Below are positions 1 through 10,594 of a DNA stretch of 64,000 bases, piece by piece. A program made the position numbers and the translations under genes. Numbering within the stretch: position 1 is the first letter of the stretch; every line of letters starts with the position of its first letter. Under the pieces are notes generated by a model that searched no databases, was not told where the DNA came from, and was given only the letters and a program-made list of their open reading frames with translations. Source of the stretch: Candidatus Woesearchaeota archaeon (GTDB lineage Archaea; Nanobdellota; Nanobdellia; Woesearchaeales; GW2011-AR9); contig JABHQW010000008.1 in NCBI GenBank assembly GCA_018696595.1, positions 192,001 to 256,000 on the forward strand, in the 5' to 3' direction.

Positions 1-394
1 AACCAGGATTACACCATTCTGTAATTTTTTCGTCAACAACTTCTTCCCCACCTAAATAATCACATTTTCCTTTTGATTTCAATTGACAATCAACATTACA
101 AGTAATTTTTTGACAAATTTCTAATTCAGAACAATCTGAGCCCGGAACAAAATGTTGAGTTAAATCACAATCTTGATAATACTGGCAATCTTCTTGTGCA
201 TCTTCATTAGGTATTTCTCCAGTACAATATAAATCATCACTAGCTTCTGGATAAATGTAACATCCTCCTAAAAGTTGGGGTTGACCAGGATCAAGAGGTT
301 CATCACCATTTTCTGTTAAAATTCCTGGAATAGAGAAAAGTAGTAAGAATAAAGCTAAGACTACAAAAATCGAACCTCTTTTTTTAATTATCAT
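1..394 (-). CDS. Cys-rich secreted protein, partial (runs off the window start); paralog of 460..1686
   Basis: Not in the ORF track. Manual translation from ATG 394 is open to base 2: MIIKKRGSIFVVLALFLLLFSIPG...GCYIYPEASDDLYC...EDCQYYQDC...CQKITCNVDCQLKSKGKCDYLGGEEVVDEKITEWCNPG. Cys spacing matches the N-terminus of 460..1686. Confidence 0.85.
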   Translation of the reverse strand, partial: MIIKKRGSIFVVLALFLLLFSIPGILTENGDEPLDPGQPQLLGGCYIYPEASDDLYCTGEIPNEDAQEDCQYYQDCDLTQHFVPGSDCSELEICQKITCNVDCQLKSKGKCDYLGGEEVVDEKITEWCNPG

Positions 395-459
395 TATACT
401 TTAATAAGGAATAAATCTTTTTGATTTATAAATATTCCTAATAAGGTCAATAATTTAAT

Positions 460-1686
460 TCATTTATTTACTTTATTAGCAAGAGCTTTAAGCTCAGAAA
501 TAGTATCTTTTGTTTTTTTATCACTATTTTTAGACGATAATGAGGTGTTTTTCTTTAAATCTTCTATATTTATGAAATTTTCTTCTTTTGATTTGGTTAA
601 TTGTTCCAATTTTTTAATTGCTGAAACATCTTGCTTAGTAATCTCTTTTGGATGATACTTAAGTTTTCTTTCGTAAGAACCAACTAACTTTTTCAAATCC
701 TTAATCTTTTTCTGTTTCTTTCCAAGAGTCAGTTTCTTAGAATAACCAAACTCGTTTAGAAGTTCTGAACGATGAAATTCTTCAATTTTATGTTTTCTTT
801 CTTTTGATTTTTTAAATATAATTTTTCTTAATTTTGAGTTAGATCTGAAAGGTAGCAAAACAGTTTTTAATGTTTTTAAAGATCTACTCTTTTCTTTTTT
901 TCTCCTCGTTAAAAAGACAATTTTAAAAAAGTTAATGATTGCATTTAACGCATTCTTAATTTCTTTTGGTTTTTTGTAAAAATATATTACTAAGCCTACA
1001 AAAATTAGCCCAATTAGTAAAATCCAGGGCCAATTGTTTTTTTCATTTTCTAAATCTGTTGGTAATAACTCTTGATCTTTTTCATCTAAATCAGTTCCAA
1101 AATCAAGTTTGCTCAAAGTAACAATTTCATTATCATCTTTCGCAGAAACATCTTCAAAAGTTAAAATAGAACCAATAAGTGGATTCAAATATTCCTCTTG
1201 AACACAAAAATTAAGACATTGTGCTTCTTTTTTGTTTAAATCAAAACTGAAAGTAATTGCATCCTTATTTCTTGCTTCTGTTTCGCAACTTGCCTTATTC
1301 TCTTTGTAATTACAATAATTATTTTGATAATACTCAAAATAACAACAACCAGAATTACACCATTGATCTTTCTCTGTAATTAATATTTCTCCTCCAAAAC
1401 ATTTTCCGGCAACTTCTTTTTGACAATTGTCTTTACATAAAATCACTTTACATTCTGGAAATGTTTCTTTTTTTATACAACTTTCTTCTAAATGAAAAAC
1501 ATTATTCAGGGCACAATCTTCATACAATAAACACTCTGCTTCTGCTTTTTCCTCACTTAGATCTGAACAATAAAATGGACTTTCAGAATAAAGAAAACAG
1601 CCTGATTGGGCTAAAGTAAGAGTCATAGAAAATAAAATAGATAAAATTAAAACGAGCATTAAAATAAATCTTTTCTTAGTTTTCAT
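460..1686 (-). CDS. Cys-rich extracellular domain + single TM helix + basic cytoplasmic tail
   Basis: N-terminal signal peptide, about 18 Cys in the first 165 aa, TM WPWILLIGLIFVGLVIYFY, Lys-rich C-terminus. Confidence 0.8.
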   Translation of the reverse strand: MKTKKRFILMLVLILSILFSMTLTLAQSGCFLYSESPFYCSDLSEEKAEAECLLYEDCALNNVFHLEESCIKKETFPECKVILCKDNCQKEVAGKCFGGEILITEKDQWCNSGCCYFEYYQNNYCNYKENKASCETEARNKDAITFSFDLNKKEAQCLNFCVQEEYLNPLIGSILTFEDVSAKDDNEIVTLSKLDFGTDLDEKDQELLPTDLENEKNNWPWILLIGLIFVGLVIYFYKKPKEIKNALNAIINFFKIVFLTRRKKEKSRSLKTLKTVLLPFRSNSKLRKIIFKKSKERKHKIEEFHRSELLNEFGYSKKLTLGKKQKKIKDLKKLVGSYERKLKYHPKEITKQDVSAIKKLEQLTKSKEENFINIEDLKKNTSLSSKNSDKKTKDTISELKALANKVNK

Positions 1687-1708
1687 TTTTACTTAGTTTT
1701 CATTTTTA

Positions 1709-4700
1709 TTAACTACACACTTTATTTTTACAAGATTGAGGTTGTGGACAAATAGTATGTTCCGGATAAGCCCCATTTGCACTACAAGTAAATGATAATA
1801 AATTTTTGTAATCTTCCCACCAAGGATAATCTCCATATTTGGTTTCACCATCTTTAACTGCTTCTTTTATATCTTCAATCTGTTGATTTATCTTTTTCTT
1901 AGCGTCCTTTCCCAAATCATCGTAACAATATTTTTGGTCAGGCACACATAATTGTTCTGCAGATTCTACACATTTTCCCCCTGAACAAGCTTCTGGACAA
2001 GTTTCAATAGTTTTTGTAGACTTGCCATCAGAACTACACTGTATCACTTGATTTCCTTGACAAGAAAGTTCATTTGGTGTGCAAAGTGAAATTTCAATTG
2101 TATCTGGATCTAAAAGAACACCATTAACAAGACAGCCATAATCTACTGCTGAAGTTGAAGCCCCTTGAGGTACCGCCCCACAAGTTCCTACTTCGGCTGC
2201 AGGCAAGTAAAGGCACCCTTTTCCAATATCTAGTTCATTGTTACATGTCCGACAAGCATCTCCTTCGTCACCAGTTTTTCCATTATCATTGTCATCAACC
2301 ACAAAAGTCCTACAAACTTTCTCGCAACCTAATGTTCCATGACACCACCTTTGCTCATTAATATGTAAACTAAAAGGTTTTTCATTTTCACAACTTGGCG
2401 CAACTTTATTACAAGAACTATAACTTGAATCTCCACATTTATTAAAAGAAGTCCATTCCTTTTTTTCTTCCCCACCACAAATATTTCCTCTTTTACCATC
2501 ACAATAAGCTTTGCTAATTTGTTCTTCCAATAAATACCCTGAACCATAACCTAACGCTTGATCAGACCCACCAAAACAACCCAATTCTGGCTCGCTTTCA
2601 TAACATATGGTCCCGTTCAATAAAGTCCAAGTTGTTGAGTCACAACACGCATGAGTAGCTAAGAAAGGATTAATTGCCGTTTCACCAGTATAATTGTTTA
2701 AATCGGTTTTATTTGTAGGGGTTAAACCATAAGTGTTTTCATGTTTAGGCCAAGGCCAAGGATGCTTTGGGTTTTCATGAGGAATACATTCTGCAACTCT
2801 AATTTTAACTTGTTTAGAGTCACTCTTTTCATTTCCTGAACAATAATCCATACTAAAAGAAATGTTCAATTCTCCTTGTGTAGTTACTTCTTGAAATCTT
2901 GGATACATAAAAGTTTCATCTTGCAAATGTTCCGGCCAAAGTTTTATGTAATCAGAAAAAAGTTCTAATTGACAAATTCCTCCCACATCAAAAGGTAAGT
3001 TTACGCACCTCTCCTGGTTTGCTAATGTATTGTAATCCCCATCAGAATCAAACAAAGAAATAGAAAATTTTTCAACCGGACTAGAATAATCCATAATAAT
3101 TTCTGGATTTATCTCTAACTCAGAGTCTCCGGGGTAACTAATATTAATAAAAATAGGATCTTCATTAGAGATCGTATAAGTGTTAGGGTTAGCAGCCATT
3201 ACTTCACGATAAGGTTTACCATAAATAATGTAAGGTAACCACAACGAATAATTAATTTCCATGGGCCTATCAACAAGAACCCTTATTTTTTGCCAATCAC
3301 TAATTCCATGTTCATCTGTGGCTCTGGCAGTTACTTCATAGAACCCTGTATCGCCAATATCTTTTGGATCAACATAAATCCCTGGTTGTTGTTTAACTAC
3401 CCCCAGATCAAAAGAAGCGTCTTCAAAATAGTAATTTATTTTATCTTCATCTGGATCTAAAGCGCAAAGATTCATTTCAATTGCACCCAGATTATCATTT
3501 TCAAAATCTAAACAACTTTCAGTGATTTCTTTGTCTTCTTCTATTAAAAACCCAGTACCAATCACCTCTATATTTTCTGTAATTGGTTCAGGGGGATCAT
3601 AAATGGTTATAGTGCCTACACCATCAGAAGGCTCAGGGATAAAAATCTCACTAACAACAATTAGTTGGGCAGATTGTGTTCCCTCTTTGGAAGGTTCAAA
3701 AATAACTTCTGTTAATTTAATTTCTTCAGGTTCTAATATAAAAGGAACAAAATCAATAACTTTAAAATCGTTATTGTCAGAAGAGATAGAGATTATCATT
3801 AAAGGAAGACCTCCAGTATTGGAATTTTTAATAGAAAATGTTTCTCCGCCAGAAAATGACTGTTCCTCTTTCTGATAATCTTTGATAACCAAATAATCAT
3901 AACCATATTCTGTACAAGCATCCCTTTCAACATAATCTAAAGCAGGGGGTCGATTTTTTCTTGCAACTCTAAATTGATAAAATCCCGGTTTGTTAAGTAT
4001 TTTGGGAGAACTAAATGTGTAAATGTCATCGCCATTAATTTCCTCTTGAACCATTTTTATTCCTAAAGAACCATATTTATCAAAAAACAAAGACCCGTTG
4101 CATAAATAATAATCTTTGTTAGGGACACAATTCTCATTTTTACTTCCGTAAGTAAAAAAGGGACTTTTCAAAGTTTCTTCTGTGTAATTAAAATCTAAAT
4201 ACTTCCAATCATATAACATTGGGCGAGTAACCGCAGATTCTAATAACCATTTAAATTGGGTGGGATAAAAAAAATCAAATGTTGACAAATGAAAAAATTC
4301 TTCTTTTCCTATTGTAAATTTGAGAGGATATTCAGCTTTAATGTCTATACCATCATTAATTATCTCTAACTTAAGATCCATTTTTGTTCCTTTAATTATT
4401 GCCTTGTTTGAAATATTAGCTTTAGTATAATTTGCTACGCACCAAATTGTTCGATTAATTAAAAAGCGTTTCAAATCATTCTTCACTGCATTAATTGTTA
4501 ACTCTCCAAAACCCAGTTTCACATTAGGGAATTTATATTGACAAAATTCGGGATTATTGGTTTCATTATCACAAGGATAAGCATTACTATTATTCAAATA
4601 ATCGCTCCTAGTTATTCCGTAAGCAATACGATTTTCATTTTTATCGCCCGAATAATATAATCCAGTTACGTTATTAGAAAATTTCCTTGTTCCTCCTGGT

Positions 4701-4987
4701 TGATCATCCCAAATTCTTCCTTGTTGCCCTAAAAGAATTAATCCTCGCTCTAATTCGTCACTTAAACAATCTTCAACATAAATTCGCATTGCTTCTTTTT
4801 TGAAAGCTTTTCCGTAAACATCTTCCTGTGCTTGTTCTAATTGTCCTTTCTTAAGACTGTTTGAGAGAGTTATTAGAGATAGAAAAACAAAAAGAATTAG
4901 TAAACCAACAATCATAAATATAGTTATCTGTGCTTTCCTGTTCTTACAAATAGTTCCATCTACCTCTTTTTTACCCATACTATACAA
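1709..4987 (-). CDS. Large surface protein with class III (pilin-like) signal, ASH-like Ig domain and Cys-rich C-terminus
   Basis: RKA/QITIFMIVGLLILF motif; Ig-like segment IKNSNTGGLPLMIISISS...VIFEPSKEGTQSAQLIVVS; C-terminal Cys-rich repeats. Confidence 0.8.
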   Translation of the reverse strand: MYSMGKKEVDGTICKNRKAQITIFMIVGLLILFVFLSLITLSNSLKKGQLEQAQEDVYGKAFKKEAMRIYVEDCLSDELERGLILLGQQGRIWDDQPGGTRKFSNNVTGLYYSGDKNENRIAYGITRSDYLNNSNAYPCDNETNNPEFCQYKFPNVKLGFGELTINAVKNDLKRFLINRTIWCVANYTKANISNKAIIKGTKMDLKLEIINDGIDIKAEYPLKFTIGKEEFFHLSTFDFFYPTQFKWLLESAVTRPMLYDWKYLDFNYTEETLKSPFFTYGSKNENCVPNKDYYLCNGSLFFDKYGSLGIKMVQEEINGDDIYTFSSPKILNKPGFYQFRVARKNRPPALDYVERDACTEYGYDYLVIKDYQKEEQSFSGGETFSIKNSNTGGLPLMIISISSDNNDFKVIDFVPFILEPEEIKLTEVIFEPSKEGTQSAQLIVVSEIFIPEPSDGVGTITIYDPPEPITENIEVIGTGFLIEEDKEITESCLDFENDNLGAIEMNLCALDPDEDKINYYFEDASFDLGVVKQQPGIYVDPKDIGDTGFYEVTARATDEHGISDWQKIRVLVDRPMEINYSLWLPYIIYGKPYREVMAANPNTYTISNEDPIFINISYPGDSELEINPEIIMDYSSPVEKFSISLFDSDGDYNTLANQERCVNLPFDVGGICQLELFSDYIKLWPEHLQDETFMYPRFQEVTTQGELNISFSMDYCSGNEKSDSKQVKIRVAECIPHENPKHPWPWPKHENTYGLTPTNKTDLNNYTGETAINPFLATHACCDSTTWTLLNGTICYESEPELGCFGGSDQALGYGSGYLLEEQISKAYCDGKRGNICGGEEKKEWTSFNKCGDSSYSSCNKVAPSCENEKPFSLHINEQRWCHGTLGCEKVCRTFVVDDNDNGKTGDEGDACRTCNNELDIGKGCLYLPAAEVGTCGAVPQGASTSAVDYGCLVNGVLLDPDTIEISLCTPNELSCQGNQVIQCSSDGKSTKTIETCPEACSGGKCVESAEQLCVPDQKYCYDDLGKDAKKKINQQIEDIKEAVKDGETKYGDYPWWEDYKNLLSFTCSANGAYPEHTICPQPQSCKNKVCS

Positions 4988-5031
4988 TATAAATATAATT
5001 ATCCTTATAAAAGTTACTTAAAAGAAAATAG

Positions 5032-8000
5032 TTAACTCATTCTCATCTTGCCAGTTAATTGGGGCCAGAAATAATCTAAAGGTTCTTGATGGGGACTTAC
5101 AATTTCAACTTTAACTTTATCAGAACTTGTTTGATTGTTTACAACAGCAAGCCCGCAAGACAATTTCTTAACGCCCGAAAGGATTTCTTGTAATTCTACA
5201 TCTAATTCAATAACAGGTGGAACCTTATTGTAAACATCCACATAATCACAAATCGGTGTTTGGAAGTTTTCATATTCTGCAACTAAAGTTTTGTTGTTTG
5301 CGAAAAACTCTTGCATTGCACTAACTTTTTTATTCCCATTACTTAATAAATATAATTCATTAAAGTTTTTAGCCTTAGCAATAAATCCTTGTTGGCCAGA
5401 TAACTCATTTTCAATCCCAAATAAATCTTTAAACCAATCAGCAATTTTCTTTCCTAAAGATGGATCAACATTAATCCCTTCTTTTCCAAAAATTACAATC
5501 TTTTTGCTTGGTTCATACCACAAATCTGCATCATCAAATAAATCCAAACCACTTAAATCACATTTAATAAAACCTTCTTCACCAGTTCCTTGACAAACTT
5601 CTTCCACATTCATCCCAGGCACCCCTAAAGCTATAAGGAATGAATTAGTGCCAGAAATATTTCTATTCAATGTTGTTGCAAAAGCTACTTTATCTCCTCC
5701 TTTAAATTTAAGTACACAAACATTATTGATGCAAGAATTGTCTTGATCAGGAATTAATCTATTTAAGTCCCCATCACCACCAATCGGATGACAAATCTTA
5801 ATCTCTTTATCTTGATTACCAGTGTCTCCTATTTCAAGACTAATGTCTTTAGTTTCTGCTTCATCTGTCCCGTATCCGCCCGTTCCACCTAATTGCCCAT
5901 CTTTATACTCATATTCTAATAAAGCATCTCGATATTCTGTACAGTACAAGACAAAATCATCATTTTCAGAAACTTCAATCAACTTTGAAGCCGCAAATTT
6001 TGTTCTTGAAGTCCAATTACCGCTCTCGCAGTAATGATCAAAAATATATTCTTCATCATTAATACAAGTTGGAGCATCCCCTAAATAGAAATCATCAGCA
6101 GAATTATCTGGAAGTCCTTCATTAGTTACAAAACATTGACTTAAGTCACTACAAAAACCCCACCTATCAAAGTTCCAATCCCACTTTAATGGAAGATGTT
6201 TCCATTCCCCATCAATACAACGGTAATCTCTTCCCAAATCAACATGTTCTGCTAATTGACCATATTGTGAATCCACCATTGATTCGACACAAGCGTAACC
6301 ATTCCAACAGTGATCTTCTGGACAACAAGCTAATCCGCTTCTTTCTCTCTCCTCAAACGGTTCATAATTATAGCTGGCGGCACCTAAACCATCATCTAAT
6401 TGTAACATTGGATCTTTTAAGATCCCGGGACCAAAAAATTCTAATCTTAAGTAAGAATATTCTTTAGTTTCTTTAATTTCTGCTGTTTTTTCATTAAACT
6501 CAATAACTTCACTTTCGCCATCTTTATCAACAAGAGTAATAGAGTAAGATAATTCAAGACTTCCATTATGAGTAAAAATTAAACTTGAATTTTTAGGAAT
6601 AGCAATCCTTTCTGAACGTAAGGTTTCTTGATCTTCCAATTTCACTGAAGCATCCGAGATATTAATTTTACCTTTTTCACTATCATCGACTTCGCCATCC
6701 AACAATATTTCCCAATGAGCAAGTTGAACTCCATCTTTTTCAAACATAGCATTGGAAATAAAATTCCTCGCTGGAAGAACTTTAGCAGTTTCGTTTCTTT
6801 CTTTTGCTGTAAATGCTGGTTCGGCAGGTTTTAAATTTAGTATTAAACTGGAAAAGTAATTATCTATATCTTCTGATTCTGAAGGGACTATTTCATAACC
6901 CACTTCTGTTATTCCAGTTGTATCCCAAGAATTAATTACTGTATATTTTTCATTTCCTGGTAATTCTTTTGTTACAGAAGGTGCACAGAAATGTCCTCCT
7001 TTGGTTGAACAATAATCTAGATTGTTACCATCTGAAGGGATTTTATTTTCTCCTTCTAATGAAACTGTTGCTTGACAACCAAAGAATCCAGCCTCGTCAC
7101 TAAATTCGTAATCTTCTCCGGGACTAACAAATATTACTTGTTGAGCTACTTTTCTTACTATAATGTTTCCTGGTTCGGTAAAAGTTTTTTGTTCAGAAAT
7201 ATATTCTTCATCCATTTTTCCCGTTGCCTGGTTAAAGGTTAAATAATAGAGTTCGTAAAGTTCAGAATTAGGATTAGTAATAGTAATTTCCTCCTCTGGA
7301 ATTCCTGGAACAGGATAAATACATTCTGGTTTGTCACAAGGAAAACTAAAAAGTTTTTCATCTCCAACAAAATTAGTGATTTCATCAAACTCATAAAACT
7401 CTTCATTTATTTCTGCCATGATATAAATTTCTGTATTTTCGTAAGGTAGATCATCTGCAACCAACTCTTTAATATCTCCATCAGAGTCACCATTTAACGG
7501 TTCGTAAAAATAAAACTCAACTGGATTTTCTTCATCAGAGATTAATTCTGCTTGAAATAATTCATATTGGTTGTAAGTAATTGGTTCACCCACCATTACT
7601 GGAGATTCTTCTATAGAAAAAGAAACAGATCTTGTTTCTGATTCAATTATTTCTGTCTCACATTCTGAAAGTATATAATTCTCTTCAACATAGTTTTCTA
7701 AATCCTCGCAAGTAAAATCATCTAATCCATCACGTAGCTCATCGAAACCATCCTCAACTAAATAACAAGAAGATTTTTCATAAACTTCTTGACCATTACA
7801 AAGAGGATACTCTAAACAAGACCAATAACTTTTTGCAGAGTCGCCATAACCCCACCATAACGGTGTTTTTTCTAATTCTCCCCAATAATTGGAACTTCCA
7901 AAAATAGGGCCATTATCTATTAAATAATTACCATCCGAATCCTCATCACACTTAAGATGCGTCTCTTTAATTGTTACGTCTGCTTTAATGGGCTTATGAA

Positions 8001-10497
8001 CGAATGTTTTAACTTCTTCAGTAAATTTAACTTTAAAATCAACGTTCATAGTTGTTTCTTTATCTGCAATCGCTTGAGAATTCCAACAACCATAATTTAC
8101 CCCGCTGTCCAAATTATTAAATTTCTTACTTTTTCCAGAATAATATTCTTCTTCATTATTTCCACAACAATTTGCGCTTCCTTCATCTTCATCAATATCA
8201 CCATCTTTTCCTAACCAAGCTTCTGGCCCATAAATTTCTGTACAAATTTCTTGACCATCAATATTACTTAATGCAAGACCTTGATCTAAATCTGTTAACC
8301 AAGAACTTTCATTTTTGGTAGAAGATGCTTTTCCAGAACAAAGAGCTGTGGGCTCATTATCATTGCTCAAGAAAAAATTTCTCACCTTTATTTTTATTGT
8401 ACCTGAATGACTACTAATTTCGATTGCTCTTACTCCTTTAATTCCTTCATCTAACCTAACTTTAACATGGGTCCACTTATCTTCATCAAAAAAGTTTTTA
8501 TTAACAGAATCAGCTAAAACACTTTTTTCAAATAAAACTTCATCGTTATAACCTACCATTTTTAAGTTAATGAATGCAGGAAATTGGTGATCTTCTTCCA
8601 ACTCCTCTTGGCTTAATGGTTTACAGCTTGTACCCTCTTCTCCACCACTTTCTAATTTACAAAACTGAACCATAAAATTAAGATATTGTTCCTCCGAAAA
8701 ATCTAGTGAAAACTGTTCCCCATAAAAATCACCATAATGTTTTTGTACTTGAACCACTACATTTTCTCCATAAAACTCTCCTGGTTTGGTTTCAGTTCCT
8801 GATAAAGGTAAACTAAATAATCCTTCTCCAGGATATCTTCCTTTTACCCCTTCATTTTTTCTTTTGTTTTTTTCTTTTGCACATTCTGCCCAAGCATAAT
8901 GGTTTCCTTCTTTATAACAAGAAAAACGATTTAATGTTTCCAAGAGTATATCCTTGTTAATTATGCCAGTTTCTGGATCTTCAGGAATATCTTCTAAATT
9001 TGGATATTTATTTAACGGACCAATATCTTCTGAACTGTTACAAGTTAACCAATCATAAGCATTAGAAACAATATCATAAGGTGTTTCTTCTGGGCTTTTA
9101 ATTGTAAAAATTTTATACTTTGCTAGTCCTGAAGCCGAAACCCAACACCAATTATCGCTTTCTTTACAATATTCTACAGGAAAATCTCCTTCGTAACCTA
9201 CTAAATCTTCATTATCACTATGCAAACAAACATAATTACCACTAGCGTAAATTGCAATTTCCTCTTCAGTAAAATATTCACCTTTGAATTCAGCTGCAGA
9301 TTCTATCGCTCCTAAATCTTCCATGTAATTAAAACCACAACATCTTCCCCCATCAGCTGTAGGTAACCAGGATAAAGCTTGTCCATAAATGTTATTAGGT
9401 GTTGGTTTCTTTTCTTGGTTTTCATTATCTGTTATTGGAGGATCTCTGTTTTCACAAGCCCAAGGATTTAAATTACAATCATTACTTGTTTGTTCATTAC
9501 AATCATTATCTATTTCTTCACCTGCAGAATTTTTATCACCACAAATTTCTGCAGCTCCAGGATTAATACAAATTGCACATTGTCCATAAATAGGATCATC
9601 CTGACAATTAATAATGGTATCTGATTCTATGTCTGAACAAAAATCAGGATCATCTTTAGGATCATCAACACAATCTACATCGTCTGTAAATCCATCTTTA
9701 TCTTGATCAATGTAAAGCCGATCCCAAATAGGGCTAATACCATCTTTATCAATGGTACAATTATATAAACGTCCGTTTGCCCAAGTTACTTCTCCAATGT
9801 TTCCTGCAGAGGCAACTTCCGCTTCATTTTCATCTTCAAATCCTGTTACACCAGTACCTTCACAAAGGTGCCAAAATTGGTCATCTGCACAAAGATAAGT
9901 CTTTCCTTCTGGGGCTTTATGTTTAGCTGCATGAAAACCTTGCTGACCATCTTCAGTTTCCCCATCACAAACTGCAAATTTGGAACCATACTCTAAATAT
10001 TTCCAATCCTGATCTAAAATGAACCCTTCATCAATTGCCCCCACAGCGCCATCATTATCAGAACCACCATCTTGATCAACAATAATGTACCAACATCCCT
10101 TACGAGAGTTAATATTAGGAGTATCTAAAGGTGTATTTTCATTAAATTTACTAACATCACAATCTCCCCCCTCAGGATCTTCATCAACAATCACCCCAAC
10201 ACGTTGTGGCCCATTACATGTATCCCAGAACCAGTCTTTTTCACAATCAGCATCACTTCCTGATAATATTTCTTTACCAAAGCCGTAATTGTACAACCCA
10301 TCATTATCGTACCAACAATCACCACACGTTCCAGTTTCACAATCCCAAACACATGTTGGCAAATCCAAATATTTACCTAAAGAATAAACAGTATCATCAT
10401 GAATTGGCAAATCATAATAAGATGAAACAAGCCCAACATTAATTAATAAAAACATAATTAAAACTACAAAGATTAAACCTCTTTTTTTACTTATCAT
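5032..10497 (-). CDS. Giant (1821 aa) acidic Cys-rich secreted protein with MopE-like metal-binding motif
   Basis: KKRG/LIFVVLIMFLL N-terminus; DQDKDGFTDDVDC...INPGAAEICG...IDNDCN motif; many CC/C-x-C clusters. Confidence 0.8.
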   Translation of the reverse strand: MISKKRGLIFVVLIMFLLINVGLVSSYYDLPIHDDTVYSLGKYLDLPTCVWDCETGTCGDCWYDNDGLYNYGFGKEILSGSDADCEKDWFWDTCNGPQRVGVIVDEDPEGGDCDVSKFNENTPLDTPNINSRKGCWYIIVDQDGGSDNDGAVGAIDEGFILDQDWKYLEYGSKFAVCDGETEDGQQGFHAAKHKAPEGKTYLCADDQFWHLCEGTGVTGFEDENEAEVASAGNIGEVTWANGRLYNCTIDKDGISPIWDRLYIDQDKDGFTDDVDCVDDPKDDPDFCSDIESDTIINCQDDPIYGQCAICINPGAAEICGDKNSAGEEIDNDCNEQTSNDCNLNPWACENRDPPITDNENQEKKPTPNNIYGQALSWLPTADGGRCCGFNYMEDLGAIESAAEFKGEYFTEEEIAIYASGNYVCLHSDNEDLVGYEGDFPVEYCKESDNWCWVSASGLAKYKIFTIKSPEETPYDIVSNAYDWLTCNSSEDIGPLNKYPNLEDIPEDPETGIINKDILLETLNRFSCYKEGNHYAWAECAKEKNKRKNEGVKGRYPGEGLFSLPLSGTETKPGEFYGENVVVQVQKHYGDFYGEQFSLDFSEEQYLNFMVQFCKLESGGEEGTSCKPLSQEELEEDHQFPAFINLKMVGYNDEVLFEKSVLADSVNKNFFDEDKWTHVKVRLDEGIKGVRAIEISSHSGTIKIKVRNFFLSNDNEPTALCSGKASSTKNESSWLTDLDQGLALSNIDGQEICTEIYGPEAWLGKDGDIDEDEGSANCCGNNEEEYYSGKSKKFNNLDSGVNYGCWNSQAIADKETTMNVDFKVKFTEEVKTFVHKPIKADVTIKETHLKCDEDSDGNYLIDNGPIFGSSNYWGELEKTPLWWGYGDSAKSYWSCLEYPLCNGQEVYEKSSCYLVEDGFDELRDGLDDFTCEDLENYVEENYILSECETEIIESETRSVSFSIEESPVMVGEPITYNQYELFQAELISDEENPVEFYFYEPLNGDSDGDIKELVADDLPYENTEIYIMAEINEEFYEFDEITNFVGDEKLFSFPCDKPECIYPVPGIPEEEITITNPNSELYELYYLTFNQATGKMDEEYISEQKTFTEPGNIIVRKVAQQVIFVSPGEDYEFSDEAGFFGCQATVSLEGENKIPSDGNNLDYCSTKGGHFCAPSVTKELPGNEKYTVINSWDTTGITEVGYEIVPSESEDIDNYFSSLILNLKPAEPAFTAKERNETAKVLPARNFISNAMFEKDGVQLAHWEILLDGEVDDSEKGKINISDASVKLEDQETLRSERIAIPKNSSLIFTHNGSLELSYSITLVDKDGESEVIEFNEKTAEIKETKEYSYLRLEFFGPGILKDPMLQLDDGLGAASYNYEPFEERERSGLACCPEDHCWNGYACVESMVDSQYGQLAEHVDLGRDYRCIDGEWKHLPLKWDWNFDRWGFCSDLSQCFVTNEGLPDNSADDFYLGDAPTCINDEEYIFDHYCESGNWTSRTKFAASKLIEVSENDDFVLYCTEYRDALLEYEYKDGQLGGTGGYGTDEAETKDISLEIGDTGNQDKEIKICHPIGGDGDLNRLIPDQDNSCINNVCVLKFKGGDKVAFATTLNRNISGTNSFLIALGVPGMNVEEVCQGTGEEGFIKCDLSGLDLFDDADLWYEPSKKIVIFGKEGINVDPSLGKKIADWFKDLFGIENELSGQQGFIAKAKNFNELYLLSNGNKKVSAMQEFFANNKTLVAEYENFQTPICDYVDVYNKVPPVIELDVELQEILSGVKKLSCGLAVVNNQTSSDKVKVEIVSPHQEPLDYFWPQLTGKMRMS

Positions 10498-10594
10498 TTA
10501 TAATGTAATAAAACAATATTCTTTTATTTATAAACATTACTAATAGAGAACGTTTTTGATGGCGATAAAATCGTTAAAAAGTTCTAATGATTTG

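Noticed and set aside
2155-10442. Short plus-strand ORFs inside the large surface-protein genes
   Set aside because: Antisense shadows of long AT-rich ORFs, with no motifs or SD sites. The same applies to most nested ORFs in the track, e.g. 11685, 13467, 14742, 15303, 24162, 52755 and 62988.
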